Source: Lama glama (lineage: Eukaryota). From it: 64,000 bases of DNA. The translations under genes were made by a program, and so were the position numbers. This document shows positions 51,127 through 64,000 of this stretch, piece by piece; position 1 is the first letter of the stretch; each line of letters begins with the position of its first letter. Below the pieces are notes generated by a model. The model made no database searches. It saw nothing but the letters and a program-made list of their open reading frames with translations, and was not told where the DNA came from. The stretch is taken from the NCBI GenBank assembly GCA_028534125.1, contig CM052817.1, forward strand, positions 47,928,001-47,992,000, given 5' to 3'.

Positions 51127-54100
51127 CTGTGAAAGAAATTTACAACAGTTTTTAGAAAGTTTTTACGAAACAGACCTCCTTACCTCCCAGTATGGATTAA
51201 ACCTATCACATTATCATTGACAAAGCCTTAGATCTACTCCATTTCTCCTTTGCTGACTTTTCAAATTCGACACCATCTTCCCCTCACATTTGTTCTCCTC
51301 TCTTCTAAGTGAAGGGGATTAGGTCAGTTAAAACAAGAACCACACCAAATGGAGATCGCTACAAACTAAAACAATTGTGAAGCTTTCCATAAACTGGACG
51401 CTCAATCAAATATTTCTGGGTTAGTTGTATGTGTAAAGCAAATAATCTCAGCAGGAAAGATTACATCTAGGAGACTTCCTGAACTATAATATGGCCTTGA
51501 AATTTTGGTTTCATTTATGTTTTCTGATTCCATCTCCAGAAAAGGATGATTTATCTTTACTTCCAAGACAGGTAGAAGACTTCTAACATCCCCTCCCCAA
51601 GAGCACTTTACATAGACTTAAACCTCCCTTCCTTGCTTTAATATTCTAACAAAAACTATTTTGTATTTAAAGACCCATTTCAACTTCCTTATAACAAAGA
51701 TATTGAAAACTTAGTAAAACATGAGAAAATAAAATCAAAAGGGAGGTGCCTATGATAGTCAGGTAAGTGGAGAAGGATCATAACCAGAATAAAGTGATAA
51801 AACCAGGCAGGTAATCATGAAATTTCTTGAAGAACAGGCCACCTACACCAAAACTGTACCAGATTTCCACAGGATTCCCATGTTACTGTCTTTTTTTTTT
51901 TTTTCAGAATTTATTATATTGAATCCATATCTACGTTTGGACTGAAAAGATCAAATTCATCTCCTAACTGAAAATACAAAGAAGATGAACTTTAGTTGAA
52001 AGAGAAACAAGGGGAATCAGGGGTCGAAGAAAATAAGAAAAAAAAATCTTAAAAAGCTTACTACACACATTGAAAATTCCTTCATGATGAATCTAAACAG
52101 GCTCTAATGAGCCACAATATTTTTTTAAAGGATTAAGATACTAGACTCCAATTGATCAAAAAAAAAAAAAAGATGAAGATGTCAGGGGCATCTACCTTTA
52201 TGAGACTGTCAAGGACAAGCTTTACCACAGTATTTCAAAGTTTCCCCAGGTAACAGCATTTATAGATGAACAGATCAGCAGCCAATCCTTAATCATAGCC
52301 TACTGGGCAGGTTCAAAAATGACTGAGTGGCTCAAAATCTTGGCAAGCTATCATTTTCACCAATTCTGCTCACAAATATTAAAGTTGTAACTCCCATCCT
52401 CTGGCATGACTCCCTCTATCCATGGACCCCACACCACAGGATGGCCAGGTGAACAGCAGGAGGGCCACCTTTCAAATGGAGAGTCCCAAATAATGAACTC
52501 AACACAAAGAACTTGTGACACAGATATAGTCTAAACTGCTGGGTTGGAACACAGTCCTGTTTCTTTGCTTTGGTGGGGATGGGAGAAGAAGAGAAAGAAG
52601 AAAAGAACAGAAACAAATCTCACACATTATCTTCGAGAAACCTGTTGGAAATATGGAGTTGAGAATGACAAATATTAGTGAAAGAACAGCACCATTTAAA
52701 TATGATTTGTTGAAAATCAAATGTAAGAATTAGATAGAAGCCCTTCTCAGGATCTCATTTGATCCCTTTTGACACTAGAGAGCACTAAATTTAAAACATT
52801 CTTAAAAGTGGGTATTTTATTTTTTATCTTAAAAACCATTAGAGAAGAAGATTCTATAATATTACTTCATATATTCATGTCTAATAAATTTTAAGTCTGA
52901 TGCTCACACACATAAACTGAGGTATTTGTTTTGAAAATTCAAGATGAAATACCACTTTAATTATTTCAATATATCAGGCAATGTTTTTTCTCTTGAGTTA
53001 GCCTAGAAGTTTATTTTAAATTTTCATTTCTATTCAATGTGTAAATGTATTGTTCTTTTTCATACTGCATCTTAATCTGTTCTGCAGTTTAAACACATTT
53101 TCTCTTTTTCTGTCATCACTGGAAACAGAAAATCTATATACCTGTTCTCACTGAGGATGGATGATGACAGTCACAAAAGTTCCCTTGGACTCTTTTTCTC
53201 TTTAGCTAAATGTGCCTCGTATATTTAGCCTTTTCTTATTGGATCAGTTTATCTGAAATCCAATTCTGTAAGTTGTCTTCCTTCACTGTACTATTTCCAA
53301 GTTCTCCAAAAATAATACAATCAGACAGCCTGAGCAATTGGAAAGAACCAGAAAGGCTTGGACAGGAGTTTGGCCTTTGCCAATATGTCTGCGCACACTT
53401 AGAAAGATAACTTAGCATTTCTCAGTCTGAATTTCCTCATCAGCATGATAGGAACAAAAGTATCTACTATAAAGAGCTGTTCTGGCACTCAAGGACAAGG
53501 TATGCATGATTAATCAAAATGATCAAGTACAGAGCAGACACCAAAAATTAACCAGACTCCCATGTGAGGATGAGATACTGGGGATTCCATTAGAAGGGGA
53601 TGCTGCACGGTGTAAAATCCAGAGCAAATATTCACATAGGAAGAGTCATTTTCATAGTGCTTTCAAAAGGCTACTGAGGTAAGCTTTTGGTATGTGTGTA
53701 AGTATGCGTGTGTGCGCATGTGCACGTGTGTGTGTTAAAGAAAAGCAAATCCCACGTTTTCTCCTAGCACTGATGACAGACCCTTATTGAAATACCAAGA
53801 CTTGGAAATGGTTTCCTAACGAAAAAATGGACATTTTATTTCTCCCCTTAGTCATATAATTGCAAGAGGATCATCTAAACTATGACACTGACTACTGCAA
53901 TTACGTAAAAAGACCCCAAATTCCCAACTTCCTTTCCTTTTTATTGAAGGGCTACAGAGAAATGATCTGAAATCATGTCAAAGTCCAATGCGAGGATAAG
54001 CACAGTAAGAGAGAACTTTGGTTGAGAGCCGACTCGAATGGACACGTGGATTGTGAGAGGTGAGGTCGCCAGCATTTGGCCATATTAGGCTTAAAATTAC

Positions 54101-54471
54101 ATAAAACTGAGTTATTACCTCAAATTTAAATCCCAGATTATCAAGAATAAAGCAATATATTTTGTAGCATTACAAAGCAAACCTCCTTTTTATGAGGTCT
54201 GAGATTGAAATTTTTTAGACATGGTGGGGTTTTTTTTTAAAAGTCATTATTTCATTATTAGTGTATTAACAGTTACAGAAAGACTAGAAAAAAACAAAGA
54301 AAAGAAAAGAAAGGGCAAAGGAAGGTGGAAAGTGACAAGTGGGATGAGATGACAGGTAAACATGCTTGGAACTCAGTCATACATCTCACATAAGGGATTA
54401 AAAAAATGCATTTTTCACACTTGTTTAACTAACTTTGGAATTTTACTTCGGAATTTTAAAAAACTCCTTAC

Positions 54472-54633
54472 GTCGTCATTGTCACTGTCCAGACTTCCTT
54501 TCTTCTTTTTCTTTTTCTTCTCATCCTCCTTCTTTTTCTTATCCTTTTCTGGAATGACATCATCGAGGAAGCTGAGGTCATGCTGGGAGAAGAGGTAGTC
54601 CATGCCTTTTCTGACAGCTACAAGTGCCAAGAT
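54472..54633 (-). CDS. SLC4A4: NBCe1 coding exon (162 nt), [54 protein letters not shown]
   Basis: ttccag|ATC TTG ... GAC GAC|gtaagg; the lysine-rich cytoplasmic tail typical of NBCe1. Confidence 0.98.
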
Positions 54634-55129
54634 CTGGAAAGATAAATATAAAACGTGTGAAAGAATGCATGTCAGAGACGTCACAGCGAGTATCAGAACT
54701 GCCCTAGCAGAGGCAGTAGAAGCCTGTTTTGTACAAAGCTAGAGTACGACAGAACGCACCTCGCTTGCACGAACTTCCATGAAGTGGACCAGAAACATTT
54801 TCTTCAAGAGGAAACTGGGTTCATAGAAGTTTTACATGGAACGCACTTTTGTTCACTAATGTCAGTTGTATGATCCCTTCACTTAGAATTCCCAGGTGAA
54901 AGGATTATTTTTTAAACCATTTTCTTCCATATCAGATTTTTAGTAAAATAACTAAAAGTTTAAAGGGAAAAAACAGCCTGTAAATGATTTCTAATTATTC
55001 AAAATTAAAACATTATATGGGTTTTTGAAAGTCAAGAACATCCATACAACACACGGTACACCGAGACATCTTCAAAGTATTGATAATGAGGGAGGACCTG
55101 AGTATGCACAGACCATTTCATCTACTGGG

Positions 55130-55360
55130 GCAACTTCAACACTTACCCTGCATCAGATGCTGCGCTAAACTCCTAGGCAATATTTTCTCATTTATTCCCA
55201 CAACAAACTCGAGAGTTAGATGTAAGTATCTCTACCTTACAGCTGAGGAAACCGAAGCTTAAAGACTTAAGTATGTTATCCAAGATCATGAAGCCAGATA
55301 AAGGAAGGATACAAAGGGTCCCAGCTTTCCAACTCTAACCCAGAGCTCTTAAACTCTGCA
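55130..55360 (+). mobile_element. MIR SINE (intronic)
   Basis: cttacagctgaggaaaccgaagctt...ccaagatca. Confidence 0.65.
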
Positions 55361-56399
55361 TCTCTGAGTTTTTGAATTGCTCTTGAAGGTGTATTAAAGA
55401 TGTCTTCGCTCAACAGTAAATTAGCACGCGGTAGGACACGGAAGCCCTGGCCCTGCCGCACAGCAAGCAGTTGTCTTTCTCCATGTCATGCTCTTTACGT
55501 CAGCTTCTTCATCTCTCTGAGAAATTAATAACATTCTGCACTACTGATATTACACAACTGCTTTGTGATCAAATAAAAGCTCTGAAAGATGAAAAATACC
55601 TTATAAAGGTAAAATATTTTTATCATTATTTAGCACAGGCAATAAGTGATTTACTGGATACATTTCAGATTTATCCAGGTCTAATGCTGCTTTTCCTGGC
55701 TTCAGCAAAACTCACAGGCAGATGATACTAATAAGCAAATGGAAGCCTTTTCTCATCCTCAGTGTGCTTTCCAGTAAGTTAAGATTTTTTTTTTGAAAAG
55801 ATAAAAGGGATCATGAAAAATAAGAATCTGACTCTACAAATAACACTAATATTTCACACATTTTCCTCTGCTTTCCTGGAGGAAAAACCATTACAAGTAA
55901 CCAATATACATAAAATGAAATAATAATTCTAGCTAAGAGGAAGAAGATTTTTATTAAAAAAAATATGGTTTGTATATGAAAATTCTGTTTCCAAAGCTAC
56001 AGGGGAGACAGAGCCAGACCTGAGGCCGACTTTGTGTCAAGTATATGCAGGTGTATTTTCTCACAAAAAGTGTAAAGCTATGGTCAAGTGTAAAACTCAA
56101 TGATGAAGCCAAATACAGAGCTAGCATTTCCTTCTGCCCTTCTTTCTCTTGTGAGTATTCAGAGTGGAATGTTAGTCGTTTCACCTTGCTCCTCATCATA
56201 TCCTGGCAGGGAGAGAGAGTCCAGACTCAAACTTTGCATGATACAAACTAGGAGAATTTCCAAAACTGAACTTCTCTCTCTGTTTCTTCTAATTCATTGG
56301 TTGATCTCTCGCGAACCTCTACGCTGGTCCTCTGCTCTTTGGCCTGAAATGCGCTGGAGTCTGTTAGCCAAGTTGATCCCAGTGTACAGCAGTATTTAA

Positions 56400-56600
56400 A
56401 AAATAGCTAACGTCATGTGCACTTGTGCCTACTGTGTGTCAGGCACTGCGCTCTCCACTCTATATTCACTATGGATGCTCAGAATAAAAACAAAGATACC
56501 TCCCTCGTTTTGCTGATGAGTTAAATGGGGTGCTTGGGGAGGTTCACTGATCAGCACGAACCAGAGCCAGGATCTGAACTCAGCTGTCTGATTCCAAGGT
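56400..56600 (+). mobile_element. MIR SINE (intronic)
   Basis: cacttgtgcctactgtgtgtcaggcactgcgct...gagccaggatctgaactcag...tctgattcca. Confidence 0.7.
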
Positions 56601-56775
56601 CCAGCTGAGGCAAACACAGACATGGGAACCTTAAATTACAGCTGACCCAAGTGGTTAGGTCAAAGCTGGAAAATAACTGGAACTACTCGTGAAAGTCACA
56701 TGTGTCGTCAACATCCCCATAACCACACGACATGGGTGTGACCTCATGGGTAGGTGCAATTAAAATAACCCCTAC

Positions 56776-56949
56776 CATGACCGGAAAAATGATAGCAGCC
56801 ACAGTCGACTTGAGGATCCAGAGCAGGGCGAGACACAACACCTGCAGGAAAGTGAACAGGTGGACTCTGCGCAGGGGCACGTGGCGCAGGTAGATAAAGT
56901 CTGGCTGATGCTTCAGGGGCATCAGAAGCAGCTTGAGACGATCCATGAA
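56776..56949 (-). CDS. SLC4A4: NBCe1 coding exon (174 nt), [58 protein letters not shown]
   Basis: cccag|TTC ATG GAT ... GTC ATG|gtaggg; contained in ORF 56683..56946. Confidence 0.98.
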
Positions 56950-59132
56950 CTGGGGAGGAAAGGGGAGGAGAGCACAAGTGCATTACTTCAAGAGCTGACG
57001 CACCAAGTCACTTCTTTAGTCTAATGAACCACTGGTGATTTGTCATCCAGCATTCAGGCAAGTGGTGCCCCTTTTAGAGGGCACTGGGTGGGGAGTGCAG
57101 AAATACAGTCTAACACAGTAAGACATAGCACAAGTCTTCCAACTTCTGTTACTACTTTGGCAGGAATGCTATGCAGTTATATGAGATAAAGTGGCCACTG
57201 AAGAATAAGGTCTCAGCTAGTAATGAGATGCTGAAGGAAGACATCTAACTCATGTGTCTAACTGGGCCTCGACTGCCTTATCTAGAAGAAGAGGAGATAT
57301 AATGTATTGTTTATATTTCAAGGATGTTTCAAAGATATAAAGGAAGCATCTGACTTGAAAATGGGAACGCACTGGTATGTTCATAAATTCCACATTATTT
57401 ATCTACGGCATAACTCAACAAATACATTCAGCAATGAATTACCATTTCTTTTCCAAGAAAAGCCACATGAATATTGCAGTGAGTTTCAGAGTGTCAACAA
57501 CTAGATACCTGAATCTAGGAGAGGCTATTACACCATCATGTATAAACAGGTACTGGAATGACTGTTAAGCACCTACATGCCACGTATTGTGCTTCAAAGA
57601 GTAACTGCGGGCTTTACATCAATGATGCTGATAAGGATGATACTTAAGTACTTATCAGAGGACCCTTCAGATGGAAGATGCTCAGTAAACAGCTGTTGAA
57701 TTGAATAATTACGTAATAAGGACTCTGAAATAATATCTCTGCTTTCCTTCTGAAGAGAAGGGAGAAAAGGAAAAGTAACTAGACTGCCAGTGGCAGTCTT
57801 CTCTGGAGTGACTTCCTGTCTAACAAGTTTCCCTTCTCCCTCCAGAGCTCCTGGTAGGAGCACTCCCATTTACAGAGACTAGGGTAACAATTATTTTTGC
57901 TAAATCACATCTTGCCAGAAAGATCTAAAAGAGGGAGAGTCAAGAGAAAAGTGAAGAGAAAAGGTGACAGGGCGACACCACTGTGGAATTTAAGAAATCC
58001 ACTAGCTGTCCCTTCAGCAAGGGAGTTTTTTCCCCTCATTATTACGAAACCATTGATTTTTTTCCTTTATTATAACAAATGTGTACTGACCTCCAATCAT
58101 CATTTACCCACCTACAACATACAAAATCAACCTTCTGTTCTAGACTGACTTACAAAACAAAAATAAGAACTATTAGTTTGGGGGCCATATTTGTTTCATA
58201 TTTTTCCATTTAAAGTAATAAAGAATATTTACAATCTCAGGTTAAAAATAAAATATTTTTACACTTATACTTCCCTAAAGTTTCATGGGCACAAATAAAC
58301 CCATATTCACATTCATCTAGTCCAATCTATGAAGAACCATCTTGTATTTTATAACAAACATCCAAGTGGTGAAGCACTCAACTCAATGGACCTAAACAAG
58401 GAACAATAAAATAGCCTTTTCTCTTTTGGGGGTCTGGCCACTTGCCCAGCTCTATCTGACTCTAAAACCAAATTAATCTAAATTCAATAAATGAAAGCAA
58501 GGACTATTATGAAGGAGTTTAAATAAATTCTTACAATGCTCACAGAACATGAAGTCTTTTCCCATTAAAACATCACTAAGTGCTAAATAAGGCTACAGTT
58601 AACAAGGTGCCAGAAAGCAGCAGAAGTACTTCCAGTTTCCTGGTGCCAATTAAATTAAACCTCAGTTGAAAGACAAAGTCCCTTACAAAGTTTTCCCTAA
58701 TGAATTTTTTTAGAGGGGGCCGGTTTTACCCAAGTTGGGAACAGCTGAAGTTTTTGACAAAAGTAGCACATACACATACACCACACTGACTGGATTCTTT
58801 TTTTTTTTAACTGGTGCAAAACTTTTGATTAATGATCTCAGCCGTGCAAAAAGCAAATCAAGTAAGAAGAGATCACATGACTCTCACTTTCCTTGTCAAA
58901 TACCCTTTAACAGCTTATTTCAAGGCTGGGTATGTATGATGACACTCGTTAACACAAGCTAACTTTGTCAATTAAATCAGAAATGAAACGCAGGTGAATG
59001 GTGGAGAAAGTAGAATAAAATGTATTTTAAAAACCCAGCAGTTACAGATTAGCCCTTTTCTTCAATGATCTTTTACTGGGCTGTTTTTTACTACTACTAG
59101 AAATTATGCTTAGATTGAAATGGAAGACTTAC

Positions 59133-59201
59133 CTGCACACCATTAAGAGATGCTACCCCCATATACAGGAACACGCCATAGAGTACAGGCATGGGAATAA
59201 A
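59133..59201 (-). CDS. SLC4A4: NBCe1 coding exon (69 nt), [23 protein letters not shown]
   Basis: Minus strand reads tttcctag|TTT ATT CCC ATG ... GGT GTG CAG|gtaagt. Phase 0/0; SLC4-family [14 protein letters not shown] motif. Confidence 0.97.
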
Positions 59202-61570
59202 CTAGGAAATTGAAAAAAAATTGAAGAAAGGTTAAAAACAATATTAATAAGAGCAGTAGGAGAGAGGGATAGTTTAAATAAAGGCTAAATGTCAAACTAA
59301 AAGATACACTTGATAATACAGTGACCTCCAATTAGTGTTCTCTACTCATCACTGATAAAACTTCTAAACCCTTTGTACTAGAAAGACATAAAGGGGGATA
59401 AGGGAGACTTTCAAATTTTTTTTTTTTTTACAATTTGCATGCATGACCTCAAAAATAACTTTTTTTTCAATGGGAAAAGTTTGTTTCCCTTTCCCCTTAA
59501 AAGGAATGACCATGTAAACCAGTTGCTGGCAGGGACTGGGAGGGAGAAAGAGAGGTAGAGGGTTGCCTCACTCTTGAGACCAAAGTTCCTTCCCAAACGT
59601 CTGTTGATTTTTTCCTAAATAATTTTCACCAAATGATGTATCAGCTTGGTGTATAAATGCCTCTTTCAATTAAGTAACCACCAAATGACTGTCCCCTTTC
59701 TTCCTCTTGGGAATATTAAGAGGACTAACTAATGAGAACACTGCTAAAAAGGAGCCTGGAGCAGCTGGAAGCAATTAATTATACACATGGATTAATACAC
59801 ATCTTTTAAAACTGAATTAATACATTTTCGTATGTTAATTAGCAAGAGTCTTATGCACTAATGCGAAGTGTTTCAACAATGGGAAGTTCCAGTATGATGA
59901 TGGTAAGTTTTGTCCATTCCTAGACCTTTGAAATGTCCCCAGTACTGCAGACCCCAAGCAAATCAGGGATGACTCTGTTTCTGGGAAGTCTTTTATCTGG
60001 ACAAAAAAAAAAAAGGTTCTCAAGCTTGGATTTTGAAAAGAAGTTCAAGTTCAGGAGTTCTCAAAGCTCAAATACTAAAACCACAATCAATTAAGTCCAA
60101 TCTTACCAAATCTACACAAAGGAGGCTATTGTAGCCAGAAAACAGTATGACTTTAGAGTAATTTTTAAAGAACTATCACATGTATTAAGAAACTGAAGCA
60201 CAATTTCTATCAGCCTTTCCTTGTGACCACCTAAAACAGTTCTGCATCTGAGTGCCCTGAGCTCTACCAGATGAACAGTAAATTCCCAAATGTGTCACAA
60301 CCACCTCCAACTGTTATTGGCTAGCTTATAAAATAGTTAAATTTATATGGAATAAATATACTTATTTATATTAAACATTACATACTGCTTCTAAAAAAGA
60401 CTAACAATTTTAACAAAGCTCTAACTTGCTCTTGAGCTCAGAACCAATGTAAATGACACTGAAGGCGGTGGGAGGGACAGTGGGAGTGGCGAGGAAGCCG
60501 TGTGCGCTATGATACCCAACGGTCACCACAAAGAGGCGAAAGCATCACGTTCAAGCCACTGGAGTTCAGACACATGACTTTATTTCCTTTAGAATATGTA
60601 TGTTTCCACTCCTTATGATTCCTCTGTACAAATTTACCAAAAAGTACAAAATGAAACTCACCAAGGGACCATTTTACAGTTTTTACTTATTTCTTAATTT
60701 TTAAAGTTTCTTCTATAGACAGGGCAACTTCCATGTTTCCTTACTCTATGATGATTTCTTATTTCATTTCTAATTTCTTGGGAAGACATGAAAATGTGGA
60801 AGGTGAAAAAAGAAGTGTAGTTCAGGGAAAACTAGTTAGAAATCGCACAGTAGTTACTCTTCAATCTGAGTAAAGTGTTTTTCTGTCTTGAAAGACAGTA
60901 ATCACAAAAATGATCCTGGTCCTTAGCCCCACCCCTCACCTAAGCTTAGATAATGTTTTCTCTACTGTAGTTCTAATGCCAGAGTGATGGCATCCTGTGC
61001 CTTGCTGCCTAGCTCTGTTCTCTCTGAGCTTATGATGACAGATATTGCCAAATTGACCACAAAATAAAACCAGACGGCAGCATTACCCAGGAATGGGGTA
61101 TGGGTGGGAAAAGAACTGCAGATATGTTAATGTTTTTAAAAAGTTATTCTTTGGCAAAAAGAGTACATATAAAAGAAGGCTATTCACTTGATTTTTAGCC
61201 AATTTCAATCTCATACAAATGTCTTATGAAATTCACCCTCTTCTTTATGATAGTATAGTGTCTCAATAAAAAATCTTCCAGTTTGGAAATCTGGATGAAA
61301 TGCAACAGAATTACTGAATTAGAGGATATTTTTTATTGGATTTCATTCAGGAGTCATATCAGGTCAATCCTTAAAAATTCATCATAACAGAAATTTTCCC
61401 AAAGGAAGAAGAATATATTTTAAAAACACAGGATCCCATTTTAAGTTAAACTAGGATAATATACATAGTAACGGCAGGTAGACATTTTTATGAAGCCAGG
61501 CAGGAGAATTGAAAGCATAAAAAGCACAAGGTATACTAGGTACATAGGCTTATCAAGAATTGCAAAATGA

Positions 61571-61693
61571 GAACATGAAAATGAATATATGTCTGTTCAC
61601 GTATGACTGAAGCATTGTGCCGTATACCAGAAACGGACACCACATTGTAAACTGACTATACCTCAATTAAAAAATAAAAATAAAAAATAAATG
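61571..61693 (+). mobile_element. Very short L1 3' tip (intronic)
   Basis: Matches 13150-13240. TSD aagaattgcaaaatga (61555-61570) / aagaattgccaaatga (61694-61709). Confidence 0.9.
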
Positions 61694-62794
61694 AAGAATT
61701 GCCAAATGACAAAATTATGCAAAAATTATTTAAGTAATCCAATGTACCCAGAAAGCCAAAAAGCATAATTATAAATATTGCAATGCTTTTAATAAACATT
61801 AAAAATGAAAAAAATTAAGTGCTTGATCCTGCAACCAGATAGAATCACGAAATTGAGGTCATTGAAGATTTAAATATTCAAACTATGTTACCAAATTTTT
61901 CAAATTCTGGTGAATATAGTTCCCTTCTTTTTCCACTTAATCCCTCCCTTTGGTTTTCTGATAGTGTTAGAATATCCTCATAGAAGAAAAGTGTAAGAAG
62001 GGTAAATTTAACCTAAAAAAGGTAGACTGTAGTTGTCCACCAGAGTGAGGTCTTCCAGTAGAATCACAGTCAATGTGTGTCTGTGTGTTTCTGTGTGTGT
62101 GTGTGTGTCTGTGCATATAAAACACAGAATGAGGTCCTGATTAAGAGCATGGGCATAGAAGTTAGACAGACCTGGGTTCCAACTGTGGTTCTGCACATTG
62201 TGGAGCCCAAAGGAAATATCGACTTCCCCTACCTTCAGTCTTCTCATAGTGCTTATGACAAAGATTACAGGGCACAAGCACTCAGTTCAGGGCCTGGCTC
62301 ATAAAAGATATCCACTCAATGATAAATGGTGCAGCACTGATGTCATTATTATCATCAGGACCTCTAGTGGCAGGCAAGTCAAGAAGACTACAGGTGAACA
62401 GCACAACTTTCTCTGGCCCCTCTGTGGGGGGGGGGTTGGGGGGGCCAGTTAAGGCCAGGAGGGTGCTACAAAGGTCATACCTGAAGGCTTAGTTTTATTT
62501 AGGCTCTACAATATTGCCCTTTCAACTATGAGAATAATAGTCTAAAGCCCTTAAGCCATAAAAATCAGCACCGGGAAGCTGCTGACTTGCAATCTGGTCC
62601 CTACTTGTTGAAGAAACTGTGGAGCTCATCAAGGTATGATGAGTTTGTGAAAATACCATATTTCTCGCTACGTAAGAGAACTGGATATTAGATCAAAGAA
62701 GCTGGGGGAGATCATCACATGGGAAATAAAAGTGATTAAGTTCATTAAGGGCAAATGCTCTTTTATTCTAAAAGGTGGTAAACCACGATGGCTA

Positions 62795-63010
62795 TGAGAT
62801 CAGGCTTTGGGGTCAGAACTGCCTGGGTTCGAATCTTGGCTCAACCATTTAAGAACTCTATAACCTGGCAAGTTACTCATCGATTTTTTTTATCTGTAAA
62901 ATAGGTATTAATCATAAGTATGTTTTTGTAGGTGTTTTTGGAGTACTAAATTTTAAAAATCCGTGTAAAGCTTTTGGTCCAATGCCAAGCTCAATAAATA
63001 GGAGCTACTG
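62795..63010 (-). mobile_element. MIR SINE (intronic)
   Basis: ggctttggggtcagaactgcctgggttcgaatcttggctc...ggcaagttact...atctgtaaaatagg. Confidence 0.75.
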
Positions 63011-64000
63011 TTCCATCATTTTCATCACCATCATCACCTTCATTACCATGTCTCCTTGTTTCCCTGTTACTGACCAGAGGGGGTGGCATACAGCCGGAGC
63101 TCAAGAAACATTTGTCAAATTTACAAATTAAAGGCTATCTTCCACATTTCAGAACACTGAACAAATCTGAAAGATAAATGTTGGCCATTCCTGATGTTAA
63201 AGATAAACTAACTCAAGCAGAGGCAACAGACGTGGCAGTGAATTCTTCTTGATCTTTGTTTCTTTAGGCTTGCCAGAAGAATGGAAAAAGCAAGCTCCAG
63301 GAACTGCCTTTCATCTTTTTTGCTGCCCTTTAGTTTCCCTGAGTCCCCCCATACAGAACACTAGCTTAACAGGCAATGTTTCCACTGCAGAAACACAGAT
63401 CTAAACTGTTGAGCCAGCCTGGGAAACCAGCTAGACCCGCTTCCCAACAGGGCTGTACTGAATCAACGGTGAGATCTGAGGCATGCCTGACTGTCGCTGG
63501 CCAAGGTCGAGGGGTATCCTCCTGAACTTGAAACTAGTACATCATAATTCCTTACGTTCTTCCATGTAAAAAGACAGATTTCGGCAGGGAGACCAAGACA
63601 GAGGTCATAAACACCACGTTCAAAGCAAGTCTGCCTAAGTAGGCACAGGGAACAAGATCTGCACTTCTCATTACACGGGAGAAAATAGTTAGCTAGCATC
63701 ATCAGAAGCCACCAAACGGGGAGGGATGCAGGAGCTGGGAGGGAAGGTATTGAACTGTTTCATTTAAAAAAGTCACACGTTTCTCTTGATCCCATTTGTT
63801 TGATCTGTCTTTCAAAGGTAGCTCTTTATAGTAAAGCTATTCCCAAAAGGTGTCATCTGTTTCTTTAAAACACACATAGTCACAGAGTGGAGGGAACAAA
63901 GTTCCCGCCTCCAAGGTAACTGCTGACACCACTTTCCGTGCGAATTCTGAGATTAACTGTTAATCTTGACTTTAGCTCAGTTGTGACTTAGGTTTTCATT

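Larger units (their letters stand above)
43505..64000 (-). other. SLC4A4: SLC4A4 gene, 3' portion (continues beyond the right edge of the window)
   Basis: Six exons with GT-AG boundaries splice in frame to the recognisable NBCe1 C-terminal TM region and tail. The 3' end is inferred from AATAAA at 43523-43528. I found no further upstream exon in 59202-64000. Confidence 0.97.

Noticed and set aside
54500..54552. Low-complexity CT/GA tract
   Set aside because: It is the normal lysine-rich coding stretch of NBCe1, not an expansion.
57064..57085. CTCF-like or palindromic motifs (also ~60524-60539 and ~62357-62375)
   Set aside because: Each mismatches core positions; not supportable without a motif scan or ChIP data.

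Overview
Mammalian genomic DNA, most likely a camelid: it has three tRNA-derived SINEs of the Vic-1 type plus L1, L2, MIR, MaLR and ERV repeats. The right third (about 43.5-64 kb, minus strand) holds the 3' end of SLC4A4 (electrogenic Na+/HCO3- cotransporter NBCe1). Six exons are readable, all with GT-AG boundaries. They include the 97-nt cassette exon whose skipping switches the C-terminus from ...ERHTSC* (NBCe1-A/B) to ...GTETTL* (NBCe1-C), and a roughly 4.2-kb 3' UTR. The left 43 kb is repeat-rich intergenic DNA with no recognisable protein-coding gene. Its best features are: (1) an internally deleted ERVL-like provirus whose 5' LTR keeps a TATA box, three perfect GC-box repeats and a splice donor overlapping the PBS, while its 3' LTR keeps the poly(A) signal (candidate LTR-driven transcript); (2) a MER41-like solo LTR with a GAS/STAT motif; (3) two tailless retropseudogenes (7SK; 5' half of tRNA-Ile-TAT); (4) a 100-bp, 97%-identical non-tandem duplication. 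Repeat family names come from recalled consensus sequences, not a database search. I see no evidence for a wholly new biological system; the LTR-promoter hypothesis is the most testable lead.
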